Of a stretch of 29,271 nt of DNA, positions 1 to 9,165 are shown in pieces; position 1 is the first letter of the stretch; each line of letters begins with the position of its first letter. This DNA is from Promethearchaeota archaeon. Its GTDB lineage: Archaea; Asgardarchaeota; Hermodarchaeia; Hermodarchaeales; Hermodarchaeaceae. The stretch covers positions 33,086 through 62,356 of the forward strand of contig JBHLPH010000012.1 in NCBI GenBank assembly GCA_048939625.1, given 5' to 3'. Under the pieces are notes generated by a model. It did no database searches, was not told where the DNA came from, and saw nothing but the letters and a program-made list of their open reading frames with translations. The position numbers were made by a program, and so were the translations under genes.

Positions 1-1
1 T

Positions 2-418
2 TGGTTTCCAGTGCCATTACTAGCCTGGATAATCAATCCGACTCCATGGATTGGGATTATCCTCAGCATCGTCGTCTTTGTTGTTCCCATCCCTATCTGG
101 TGGAAAGGGATGAGGGATTCAGGTTCCGAATGCTATGAACCATCGAAGCAATCGCAGATGTTTGGAGGTATTTATAACCACATTCGTCACCCGCAAACAC
201 TCGGTGAAATTAGCTGGTTCATTGCCATTCCACTTTTTGTTAACTCCTTATTCCTGCTAATTGTAAGTCTTGTTTTTTTCCTCTTTTATATCCCAATTAT
301 GATTCATGTGGAAGAACAGGACCTGATTCGCCGGTTTGGTGATGCGTATCGAAAATATCAAAAACGTACGGGTGCCCTCTTCCCTAAATTAGGAAAATCC
401 AACAAACAAGAGTATTGA
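2..418 (+). CDS. Isoprenylcysteine carboxyl methyltransferase (ICMT/PEMT/STE14)-family membrane methyltransferase, 5'-truncated by window edge
   Basis: GIYNHIRHPQ motif and C-terminal EEQDLIRRFGDAYRKYQKRTGALFP. The frame is open from base 2 (WFPVP...) and aligns to the middle of the downstream paralogue (WFPIP...), so the true start lies outside the window. Confidence 0.85.
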   Translation, partial: WFPVPLLAWIINPTPWIGIILSIVVFVVPIPIWWKGMRDSGSECYEPSKQSQMFGGIYNHIRHPQTLGEISWFIAIPLFVNSLFLLIVSLVFFLFYIPIMIHVEEQDLIRRFGDAYRKYQKRTGALFPKLGKSNKQEY

Positions 419-1032
419 GCAAAAAAATGTCTATAATATCCTGGATGAATTTTCTGATTTTGAACCTTGTAACCGTATTGTGTTGGTGGCTTTATATTCG
501 AAGCGTCCAGCCATACACTCGCGCACAACGCTTTGGGGAATCAGCCTGGAAGACAGCCAAACGCGACCGTGCCCTTTCAGGTATCTTGATGAGTATTCTA
601 ACAGTAAACATGATTCTTTGGTTGTGGTTTCCAATTCCTGAGCTAGCATGGGTTGTTCACCCCAATTGGCTGATTAGCATTCTTATTGGAATCATCCTTG
701 CCATCATTTTCACTCCCATTTGGATTAAAGGTATCAAAGATGCGGGCAGAGAAACCATGGAACCGTCTCCCTCAACAGAATTGTACGGAGGAATTTATAA
801 TCACATTCGACATCCACAAGCTGTAGGAGAGATGCCCTGGTTTGTGATAATTCCCCTTTTTCTAAACTCCCTCTTTCTTGTGATTTGGGCAACCGTTATG
901 ATTCTAATTGTCAGTCCTGCCATCATCTATTTTGAGGAAAAAGATTTGATTACACGTTTTGGTGATAAATATCGAGAGTACCAACAAAGGACCGGTGCTA
1001 TATTTCCTAAACTCCGAAAGCGGAAAAAATAG
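415..1032 (+). CDS. ICMT/PEMT-family membrane methyltransferase (tandem paralogue)
   Basis: Multiple TM segments, GIYNHIRHPQ, EEKDLITRFGDKYREYQQRTGAIFP. TTG start overlaps the upstream stop (TTGA); alternative ATG at 427. Confidence 0.85.
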   Translation: MSKKMSIISWMNFLILNLVTVLCWWLYIRSVQPYTRAQRFGESAWKTAKRDRALSGILMSILTVNMILWLWFPIPELAWVVHPNWLISILIGIILAIIFTPIWIKGIKDAGRETMEPSPSTELYGGIYNHIRHPQAVGEMPWFVIIPLFLNSLFLVIWATVMILIVSPAIIYFEEKDLITRFGDKYREYQQRTGAIFPKLRKRKK

Positions 1033-1084
1033 CATATTCTTCAATCACCCAAACCTTTTCGTAGCATTTACTCTCATTGGTAGC

Positions 1085-2287
1085 ATGGTGGCTAGCTTGA
1101 GGGCTATAGTAAATGCAACTATTTGGTGTCCAATACAAGGTTTAATCAAGAATGGTTCCCTTCTTTTTGATCGAGGGAAAATTGTTGATGTAGGACAATC
1201 CATCAAGATTCCGAGTAAGACCAAAACGATTGATGTTGAGGGACAGTATGTTGTTCCAGGATTCATTGAAGCCCATGCCCATCATGGACTCTTTGACGGA
1301 ACTATCGGACCCATGGGTCAGGACGGCAACGAGATGACTGACCCCATTACTCCTGAGATGCGAGGAAAGGATGGTTTCCACCCCTTCGAATACTCGTTGA
1401 AAGAAATTATCAAGGGAGGAGTCACAACAGTAAATACAGGACCTGGGTCTGGGAATGTCATCTCTGGAGAGGCTTTTGTCTTCAAACCTTTACCTGAGGC
1501 AGTTGTCGAAGACATGATAATCTTATCGCCCTCAGGATTAAAGGTTGCACTCGGTGAAAATCCCAAACGGATACATGGTCTCGAAAACAAACGAATGCCA
1601 ATGACCCGAATGGGTATTGCTGCATTACTCCGCAGAACCTTCACAAACGGTCAAAACTACCTAGACGAATGGAAAGCCTTCGGTGCTAAAGCCAAGGATG
1701 CAAAGGAAAAAGGCGAAGTTATTCCCAAAGCCCCGAAACGTGATCTGGGTCTTGAAACTATCGCCAAAGTCCTGAAACGCGAAATACCCCTACATGCACA
1801 CGCTCATCGAGCCGATGATATTGCCACAATCATACGGATAGCTGAAGAGTTCAATCTCCGACTAGTCCTCATACACTGTACGGAAGGTCATAAAATCACA
1901 AAGTTACTTGCCAAAAGACAATACCCAGCCGTCATTGGACCGACTATCCTTTGGACCGGAAAACCAGAAGTCAAGGAAAAGGGATTCAAAACCGCAGTGA
2001 TCTTGAATGAAGCTGGCGTCAGAGTTTCCTTACAAACTGACTCATTGACTCCGATGCTCTATTTCCCCCTACTGCCAATGTACTGTGTGCGAGAGGGTAT
2101 GAGCCGAGAAGATGCTTTAACATGTGTCACCATAAATCCTGCTGAGATTCTTGGTCTACAGGATCGAATTGGTTCCTTTGAACCTGGAAAAGATGCTGAT
2201 ATTGTGGTATGGTCTGGTCATCCCTTCGACTTCTACAGTGAAGTTACAGAAGTTTATATCAATGGAAAGAAGATTCCTATCGAATAG
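1085..2287 (+). CDS. Metal-dependent amidohydrolase (imidazolonepropionase-like family)
   Basis: PGFIEAHAH metal motif, KVALGENPK, HAHRADDI, HCTEG, TINPAEILG...IGSFEPGKDADIVVW. Start moved from 959 to ATG 1085 to remove overlap with the upstream gene. Confidence 0.9.
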   Translation: MVASLRAIVNATIWCPIQGLIKNGSLLFDRGKIVDVGQSIKIPSKTKTIDVEGQYVVPGFIEAHAHHGLFDGTIGPMGQDGNEMTDPITPEMRGKDGFHPFEYSLKEIIKGGVTTVNTGPGSGNVISGEAFVFKPLPEAVVEDMIILSPSGLKVALGENPKRIHGLENKRMPMTRMGIAALLRRTFTNGQNYLDEWKAFGAKAKDAKEKGEVIPKAPKRDLGLETIAKVLKREIPLHAHAHRADDIATIIRIAEEFNLRLVLIHCTEGHKITKLLAKRQYPAVIGPTILWTGKPEVKEKGFKTAVILNEAGVRVSLQTDSLTPMLYFPLLPMYCVREGMSREDALTCVTINPAEILGLQDRIGSFEPGKDADIVVWSGHPFDFYSEVTEVYINGKKIPIE

Positions 2288-2456
2288 CTACCCATGTCCC
2301 CGAAAAATGTGGGGAGAGGTTGAGTAGCCAATCTTGATACCAGTTGTCTTAATTAGTGCTCTTAACACTGTTACCTGAAACCTTGCTGAAGCATCAAAAC
2401 TTAAAGGCGATACTACCACTATTTGCCTACTATTTCACCTTCTAAATGCGCGCAGA

Positions 2457-4832
2457 GTGAAGGTTGATTTTGCATTGACAGAACAAAAACGAGCTCGAAT
2501 TAAAGCCGATAAACTCGACACCGGATTCGGGTCTTTCCGGAATGTTGAAGTGACCATCGGCAAAGTTGTCGACGAAGACTGGGACGAACCCATGGGACCT
2601 ACACCCATGCCAGGAGTCACCACGCTTCGCGACTGGGACCACAAGCTCCTCACACGCTACGAACCCTCGTACATGCCAGCATGCCAATTGTGCTGCCTTT
2701 GTACGTTCGGGAAATGCGACTTGACTGGTGGAAAACGTGGAGCCTGTGGTTTAGATATTAAAGCGCAGTCAGCACGAATTGTGTTAGCTGCTTGCAATAT
2801 CGGGTGTGCGGCACACTTGGCGCATTCTCGACATCTTGTTGATCACTTAATCCACGAGTTTGGTCCACGGTACCCATTGACACAAGGAGAAGGAGTAGAT
2901 ATTGAAGCCCCTGTCTCTCGGTTAGTGACTGGCATTCGACCAAGGACGCTTGAGGATGCCTCCGCGATTCTTGATTATTGTGAAACACAATTGACTCATA
3001 CCCTCTCGGCAGTGCATACTGGACAGGAAGGTAGTTGGATAGATTTTGAATCCAAGGCCTTTCACGCAGGAATGGTTGATCAAGTAGGAATGGAAATAGC
3101 TGATTTGGTCCAGATTTCAACGATGGGGTTCCCTCAATCCGATCCTGAAGCACCCTTAGTTGAAGCAGGGATAGCGTCAATGGACCAGTCAAAAGCCAAC
3201 ATTCTTTGCATTGGACATAATGTGGTCCCTGCAGCTGCCATTACTGACTACGCTATGGAACATAATCTTCAAGACAAAGTCGAGGTCAGTGGAATTTGTT
3301 GCACTGCATGGGATATAACACGCCATGATGCAAAGGCTAAAATTGTCGGTCCAATTTCCTGGCAGCTCCGCTTCGTTCGAAGTGGAATAGCTGACGTCGT
3401 TGTTGTTGATGAACAATGTATTCGTACTGATATTGCCCTACACGCCCAGAAAGTGAATGCTCCAGTGATTGCCACTTGCGATAAATCCTGTATGGGCTTA
3501 CCAGACCGTACGAAAGATAATGTCGATGACATTGTTGCTGACCTTGTATCATTCAAAGTGCCTGGAGTGTTTATTGGTGACCACCACAAAGTTGGTGAAG
3601 TAGTAGTAAAAACTGCTCTTGCAGTGAAACCAAAACGCAAAGGAAAAAGCTCAATACCGAGTAAAAAGAAAATCCAAGAACTCGCTCAAGCCTGCCGGCA
3701 ATGTTCAGAATGTCGACGAGCATGTCCGAATGACCAACCAGTGATGGACGCCGTGCTTGCCGCACAAGAAGGCAATTTTGGTCCCTTGGCTGATGTCTAT
3801 GACGAATGCATCGGTTGCGCCCGTTGTGAATCTGCTTGTCCAAACGACTACGAACTTCACAGCTGGATGGTTTCCGCCGCTAAAGATCGATGGATGAGTG
3901 AAAGCTACCGAGTCCGAACAGGTCGTGGCGCTATCAAAGATACTGAAATCCGAGCTGTTGGACAACCCGTCGTTTTCGGAGAAATCCCCGGTGTTATCGC
4001 GCATGTAGGATGCGCCAATTACCCCGATGGGGGCCGTGCGATCCATGATATGTGTGAAGAATTTGCTCAACGTCGCTTCATCATTGTATTATCAGGATGC
4101 GCAGCCATGACTGTTGGGACAATTAAAGACGACGAAGGTAAAAGCATCTATGAACGTCGCCCCGGCACCTTTGACGCCGGTGGTGTAGTAAACGTTGGAT
4201 CCTGTGTATCAAATCCTCACATCGCAGGTGCCGCCATTAAAATTGCTAGCATCTTCGCCAAACGTAACCTACGCGGAAACTACGAAGAAATCGCTGACTA
4301 CATACATAACCGAGTGGGAGCCGTCGGGATCTCATGGGGCGCTATGTCACAAAAAGCCGCCTCAATCGCTTCTGGATTCTGGAGACTAGGAGTTCCAGTC
4401 ATTGTCGGTCCACACGGTGCAAAATATCGTCGAATGCTATTAGGTCGCGCTGATCGGGCAAAGGACTGGATGGTATACGATGCCAGAACAGGGAACGAAG
4501 TTCAAATCGCACCAGGTCCTGAACACCTCTTCTATGCCGTAGAAAACATGGAGGAATGCATGGTCCTCACTGCCAAACTAGCCATCCGACCTAATGACAC
4601 ATCAAAAGGTCGCGCAATCAAACTAAGCCACTACATCGATTTACATGAGAGATACAAGGGCTACTTCCCTGATGACGTTCACACGTATATTAGGCGAGAA
4701 ACAGACATACCTATCACCCTCAAAGACAAGATTCACGCTCAGATGAAAGAGAACAAGTGGAAAGAAAGACCCATCCCAGACCCAACGCTTTTGAAACGCA
4801 TGGTGTTCGGGAGCAAGGGAGGTGGCGATTAG
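2457..4832 (+). CDS. cdhA: CO dehydrogenase/acetyl-CoA synthase (ACDS) alpha subunit, archaeal CdhA type
   Basis: GPTPMPGVTTLRDWD, CQLCCLCTFGKC...CG (B/D clusters), C-cluster ligand motifs (IGHN, ICCT, DEQC, VGC, SGC, GSC), extra ferredoxin motifs CRQCSECRRAC and CIGCARCESAC, C-terminal PDPT. Confidence 0.97.
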   Translation: MKVDFALTEQKRARIKADKLDTGFGSFRNVEVTIGKVVDEDWDEPMGPTPMPGVTTLRDWDHKLLTRYEPSYMPACQLCCLCTFGKCDLTGGKRGACGLDIKAQSARIVLAACNIGCAAHLAHSRHLVDHLIHEFGPRYPLTQGEGVDIEAPVSRLVTGIRPRTLEDASAILDYCETQLTHTLSAVHTGQEGSWIDFESKAFHAGMVDQVGMEIADLVQISTMGFPQSDPEAPLVEAGIASMDQSKANILCIGHNVVPAAAITDYAMEHNLQDKVEVSGICCTAWDITRHDAKAKIVGPISWQLRFVRSGIADVVVVDEQCIRTDIALHAQKVNAPVIATCDKSCMGLPDRTKDNVDDIVADLVSFKVPGVFIGDHHKVGEVVVKTALAVKPKRKGKSSIPSKKKIQELAQACRQCSECRRACPNDQPVMDAVLAAQEGNFGPLADVYDECIGCARCESACPNDYELHSWMVSAAKDRWMSESYRVRTGRGAIKDTEIRAVGQPVVFGEIPGVIAHVGCANYPDGGRAIHDMCEEFAQRRFIIVLSGCAAMTVGTIKDDEGKSIYERRPGTFDAGGVVNVGSCVSNPHIAGAAIKIASIFAKRNLRGNYEEIADYIHNRVGAVGISWGAMSQKAASIASGFWRLGVPVIVGPHGAKYRRMLLGRADRAKDWMVYDARTGNEVQIAPGPEHLFYAVENMEECMVLTAKLAIRPNDTSKGRAIKLSHYIDLHERYKGYFPDDVHTYIRRETDIPITLKDKIHAQMKENKWKERPIPDPTLLKRMVFGSKGGGD

Positions 4833-5379
4833 AATGATGCGAGCTGAACCCTGGCAAACTGCTGAAGTCTGCGGACCAACGAAAGCCCAAGAGCTCAAAA
4901 AACCTGTAGTTGTGGGAGCGCTCCTCAAGAAAGCAAAGCACCCACTCCTAATTGTCGGTGCAAACGCTCTCACAGAGCAGACAGGGAAAAAATCTATGAT
5001 TGACTATTTCATCGAACTTTCCACAGCTGGAAAAATACCAATCGTTGCCACCTCAAACACTATCAAAGCCTTTAAAGAGAAAGGTTTTGACAACGTCTAC
5101 TCACACGGGGTAATGGAAATCGCTGGAAAACTGCAAGATCCCGACTGGATGGTTGCTCCGAAGAAAGGACCCCATGACCTTGTCATGACCTTCGGATATC
5201 CCTACTACATGGAATGGCTCATGTTGTCTGCACTCATTAACTTCGCCCCACAAATCAAGACCGTCACACTCGGTCGCTATTTTCAACCTCACGCAACGTG
5301 GAGCTTTCCAAATCTGAAGAAACAAAAATGGAATGATGCCCTCAAAGATATCCTAACAACTGTAGGAGGTACTAAGTAA
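4822..5379 (+). CDS. cdhB: ACDS epsilon subunit
   Basis: AEPWQTAEVCGP, KKAKHPLLIVG, LQDPDW, YFQPHATWSFPNL. Lies between cdhA and cdhC. True start is probably ATG 4834 or 4837. Confidence 0.92.
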   Translation: MAIRMMRAEPWQTAEVCGPTKAQELKKPVVVGALLKKAKHPLLIVGANALTEQTGKKSMIDYFIELSTAGKIPIVATSNTIKAFKEKGFDNVYSHGVMEIAGKLQDPDWMVAPKKGPHDLVMTFGYPYYMEWLMLSALINFAPQIKTVTLGRYFQPHATWSFPNLKKQKWNDALKDILTTVGGTK

Positions 5380-6810
5380 ATGTCATTTGAAGACTTACCA
5401 GTAGCCGTTGGTGTCGTCTTCGAAGGCGAACGCATTCGAAAAGGTGACATGCAAGTTGAACTTGGTGGACCTAAAATCGAAAAGAAATTCGAGTTGGTTG
5501 TCACCAGAAAGATGAACGAGATCGAAGATGGTAAACTTGAAATCATTGGTCCTGACCTAAAAGACCTCAAAGAAGGTGAATCTCATCCTCTCGGTATCCT
5601 CATCGAAGTTGCCGGGAAAGAAGTTGAAGAAGATTTAGAAGGTGTCCTTGAACGTCACGTTCACGAATATACTAATTTCATCGAAGGTGTTATGCACCTC
5701 AACCAGCGTTACGACATCTGGATTCGAATCAGCAAGAAATCTTTCCAAAAGGGACTCAACACCTTCAAGCTCATGGGTCAAGTCTATGAACGCCTTTATA
5801 AAAGCGAACTTCCCATCATCGAAAAAATCCAAGTCACCTTCATCACCGACGCTGACAAAATCGCGGAACACTACGATAAAGCGATTACTCGCTATGACGA
5901 ACGTGATGCACGTGCGCGTGGACTAAAAGATGAAGACGTTGATGTCTTTTATGGTTGCACCCTCTGCCAGAGCTTTGCTCCGACCCATTGCTGCACAATT
6001 ACTGCACAACGTTATGCAAATTGTGGAGCAATCAGCTGGTTTGATGGACGCGCTGCAGCACGAGTGGACCCGAAGGGCCCCTTATTTGCAATCGAAAAAG
6101 GAAAAACCATTGATGAATATAAGGGACAATATGAGGGAGTAAATCAAGCATACAAAGAAAAAACGCTTGGTGCAGTAACCGATGTCTGTTTATACAGTGC
6201 ATTCGAAAAACCACACACTAGTTGTGGCTGTTTCGAAGCCATTGCCTTTGTTATCCCAGAAGTCGATGGCCTCGGACTTGTCCACCGGGATTATAAAGGA
6301 AGTGCCGTGAATGGTCTACCATTCTCAACAATGGCAGATTCCACAGCTGGTGGACGTCAGATTCCCGGTTTTCATGGCGTCTCCATTGAATACATGCGCT
6401 CTCCAAAATTCCTACAGGTTGATGGTGGTTGGGAACGAATTGTGTGGTTGCCCAAAGCCATAAAGGATCGGGTCTATGACTTCATGCCCGAGAATTTACG
6501 GGACATAATCCCAACCGAAAATGATGTATCAAGTGTTGAAGAATTGAAAGCCTATCTTAAGGACCACAATCATCCCGTTGTTGAACGCTGGGTTGATGTA
6601 GGTGGTGCTGCTCGATTGGAAGAAGAGGAACGCCACGAAGAAATTACACCAACAGCTCAACAGACTCAACCCTTTATGATGCCTGGTCAAATGATGACGA
6701 CGGTTCCTGCAACTGGCGGGAGCCCTGGTTTCCAAATCATCTTTAAGAACGCAAAGATTTACGCCGAGAAAGTCATCATAAAACGCCTGGATCAAAAAGA
6801 AAAGAAATAG
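5380..6810 (+). CDS. cdhC: ACDS beta subunit (acetyl-CoA synthase)
   Basis: FEGERIRKGDM, MHLNQR, A-cluster ligands FYGCTLCQSFAPTH and PHTSCGCFE, GGWERIVWLP. SD GGAGGT upstream. Confidence 0.97.
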   Translation: MSFEDLPVAVGVVFEGERIRKGDMQVELGGPKIEKKFELVVTRKMNEIEDGKLEIIGPDLKDLKEGESHPLGILIEVAGKEVEEDLEGVLERHVHEYTNFIEGVMHLNQRYDIWIRISKKSFQKGLNTFKLMGQVYERLYKSELPIIEKIQVTFITDADKIAEHYDKAITRYDERDARARGLKDEDVDVFYGCTLCQSFAPTHCCTITAQRYANCGAISWFDGRAAARVDPKGPLFAIEKGKTIDEYKGQYEGVNQAYKEKTLGAVTDVCLYSAFEKPHTSCGCFEAIAFVIPEVDGLGLVHRDYKGSAVNGLPFSTMADSTAGGRQIPGFHGVSIEYMRSPKFLQVDGGWERIVWLPKAIKDRVYDFMPENLRDIIPTENDVSSVEELKAYLKDHNHPVVERWVDVGGAARLEEEERHEEITPTAQQTQPFMMPGQMMTTVPATGGSPGFQIIFKNAKIYAEKVIIKRLDQKEKK

Positions 6811-6825
6811 ACGAGGCGATGCATA

Positions 6826-8178
6826 ATGTCGCCTAAGAAGAAGAAAGAAAAATCTGAACTAACCTTCACAACAGACGATCCTGAATTGGGTATTCTTGGA
6901 CCATTGGAAGCCATTTTTGGAAAGTTTGCTGAGCTTGAATTAGAAGATATGACTATTGATGTTGACGAACTCGAAGTCATAGTTCCTCCCGGAGGCGGAG
7001 CGGGGATGTCAGGCCAAGCGCGACAATTTCTCGCTCAAAACGCCTTTGCTGTCCAGCAATTTGCCCAGCAAATGCTTTCCGCCTTGGGGATTCAAACGCA
7101 ATTTCAACAGGGTCAATCAGCAGTGCCCGTACCGGGTATTCCCTCACCGGCCCGTCCATCAAAACTACTAAAAGCCCGGTTTAAAGCTCCACTGACTGAA
7201 TATACTGGAGAGATTCGTGAAATAACCTTGGGAGCTACAAAGGCTCAAGGCGGTTCACGAAGCAAAACAATTACTGTGGGAGGACATACTGCACCGGCCT
7301 GGAATCTATTCCAAGCCCCACCCAAACATTCTCCTGTAGTTGCTGCAGACGTCTTTGATATGCGTATTAAGCTCGCAAAGGCTGTTCGAATGCATTATGA
7401 TGATGTAATGGATGATCCTGTCGACTGGGCACGACTGGTAATTGACAAATTCGGTGCAGATTTCATCACCTACCACATGATCAGCACTGATCCGCTCATC
7501 AAAGATACTAGTGCTAAAGAAGCAATGAAAGGCTTTGAAAATATACTACAAAACGTAAAGGTTCCTATCATTGTTGGTGGATCAGGTGACCCCGTCAAGG
7601 ATGCAGAAATATTATCAAAGGCTGCAGAGGTTGCTGAGGGCGAACGGGTTCTTCTTGCTTCCGCAACCGTTGATATGTGGGAACCCGTAGCCAAAGCTGC
7701 CAAAGCACATAATCAACTGGTGCTCTCTTGGACTAGTATTGACATTAATCAACAAAAAGAACTCAATAGACGCCTCCTTGACTATATCTCTACAGACCAA
7801 ATCATAATCGATCCTACTACTGCCGCACTTGGTTATGGCGCTGAATATAGCTTTACCATTATGGAACGTATGCGGTTGGCAGGATTATTAGGTGATTCAG
7901 AGTTGCAGTTTCCTCTTAGTAGTGGAACCACCAATGCTTGGGCTGCGCGGGAAGCATGGATGAAGAAACCTGAACTGGGACCACGAGAGCTACGTGGACC
8001 TATCTGGGAAAGCACCACGGCCTTAATGTTCCTGCTAGCTGGTGTGGATGTCTTCATGATGATGCATCCTGCAGCAATTAAGACGGTTCATGATCTCATC
8101 GCTTGGTTGGGTACACGAATTGATCGAAAGCGCGACGATTTCGTCGACTGGACGCGACTAGCCCTACCACCTAATTAA
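6826..8178 (+). CDS. cdhD: ACDS delta subunit (corrinoid Fe-S protein small subunit)
   Basis: GEIREITLGATKAQGGSR, IIVGGSGDPVKD, EGERVLLASA, DINQQKELNR, IDPTTAALGYG, TNAWAAREAW, RGPIWE, MMMHP. Confidence 0.95.
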   Translation: MSPKKKKEKSELTFTTDDPELGILGPLEAIFGKFAELELEDMTIDVDELEVIVPPGGGAGMSGQARQFLAQNAFAVQQFAQQMLSALGIQTQFQQGQSAVPVPGIPSPARPSKLLKARFKAPLTEYTGEIREITLGATKAQGGSRSKTITVGGHTAPAWNLFQAPPKHSPVVAADVFDMRIKLAKAVRMHYDDVMDDPVDWARLVIDKFGADFITYHMISTDPLIKDTSAKEAMKGFENILQNVKVPIIVGGSGDPVKDAEILSKAAEVAEGERVLLASATVDMWEPVAKAAKAHNQLVLSWTSIDINQQKELNRRLLDYISTDQIIIDPTTAALGYGAEYSFTIMERMRLAGLLGDSELQFPLSSGTTNAWAAREAWMKKPELGPRELRGPIWESTTALMFLLAGVDVFMMMHPAAIKTVHDLIAWLGTRIDRKRDDFVDWTRLALPPN

Positions 8179-8202
8179 AAAAAATAACCAGCGTTTTCTG
8201 GT
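8177..8202 (-). terminator. Probable terminator between convergent cdhD and trxB
   Basis: ACCAG-N6-CTGGT hairpin (8187-8202) followed on the minus strand by a T8 run (A-run 8177-8184). Confidence 0.5.
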
Positions 8203-8216
8203 AAGCATCTAAATTA

Positions 8217-9137
8217 CTACTTCTTGGTGAATCGGTAAGCTTGTATTCCAGCCATAGCGCCTTCACCTGCAGCTGTGATAACTTGCATACCACCACAAGT
8301 ACAATCACCAGCGGCGTATATGCCATCAATATTAGTCGCTTGTCGCCGATCTACCATGATACAACCACGTTTATCGACTTTAACACCCGCTTTTTTCACA
8401 AGGGTTGTAAGGGGAACTCCACCCAGCGATACAAATACTCCATCAATTTTCAGTTCGTTTTCAGATTCATCTTCGAAGCCGCGATACTGGAGCCCTGTGA
8501 CAACCTGGTCACCTTTAATTTTTAGGAGTTGACCGGAAACAAGAGTAATGTTGGATTTTTTTTCAGCTTCTTCTATGAATTTCTGTTCCGCTGTTATGTC
8601 AGTTGTATGCGTAATCAAGAAGACTTCTTGTGCAAAATCAGCCATAAAGAAGGCATCTTCGAAGGCTTCGCTCCCAGAGCCAATCACGGCAACCCGTAAG
8701 CCCCGGTAGAGGGGACCATCGCACACAGGGCAGTAACTAACACCCAGACCCAGAAAATCTGTTTCACCCGGAATTCGGAGCTTTTTACTATGTGTTCCCA
8801 TGGCAAGAATCAATACATCTCCGTGGTAAGTGCCTTCGCGAGTAACGATTTTCTTTTGTTTTCCCTTAAGCTGAATATCAATGACCTCATTGCTGAATTT
8901 GAGCGTCGCTTGATATTTCTTAGCTTGTTTTACCATTAACCCTACAAGATCCGTTCCTTTGATGCCATCGGGAAATCCAGGGTAATTCCAGACATTTGGA
9001 GCTTTGGCGGTTCTACCACCATACATCCCGCCCTCGAGTAGCAAAGTTTTCTTCCCCATTCTCGCTGTATAGATAGCAGCAGATAACCCAGCAGGCCCAC
9101 CACCAATAATGATAATGTCATATGTTTCGTTGTTCAA
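8217..9137 (-). CDS. trxB: Thioredoxin reductase (low-Mr FAD-dependent disulfide oxidoreductase)
   Basis: YDIIIIGGGPAGLSAA, NYPGF, GVSYCPVCDG redox CxxC, VAVIGSG, TNIDGIYAAGD. Start reassigned to TTG 9137 behind GAGGATGA. Confidence 0.9.
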   Translation of the reverse strand: MNNETYDIIIIGGGPAGLSAAIYTARMGKKTLLLEGGMYGGRTAKAPNVWNYPGFPDGIKGTDLVGLMVKQAKKYQATLKFSNEVIDIQLKGKQKKIVTREGTYHGDVLILAMGTHSKKLRIPGETDFLGLGVSYCPVCDGPLYRGLRVAVIGSGSEAFEDAFFMADFAQEVFLITHTTDITAEQKFIEEAEKKSNITLVSGQLLKIKGDQVVTGLQYRGFEDESENELKIDGVFVSLGGVPLTTLVKKAGVKVDKRGCIMVDRRQATNIDGIYAAGDCTCGGMQVITAAGEGAMAGIQAYRFTKK

Positions 9138-9165
9138 ATTATCATCCTCTTTTCGCTTTGAGTGC

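Noticed and set aside
2297-2315. TCCCC-N9-GGGGA hairpin after the amidohydrolase
   Set aside because: Short 5-bp stem without a T-tract; insufficient to call a terminator.
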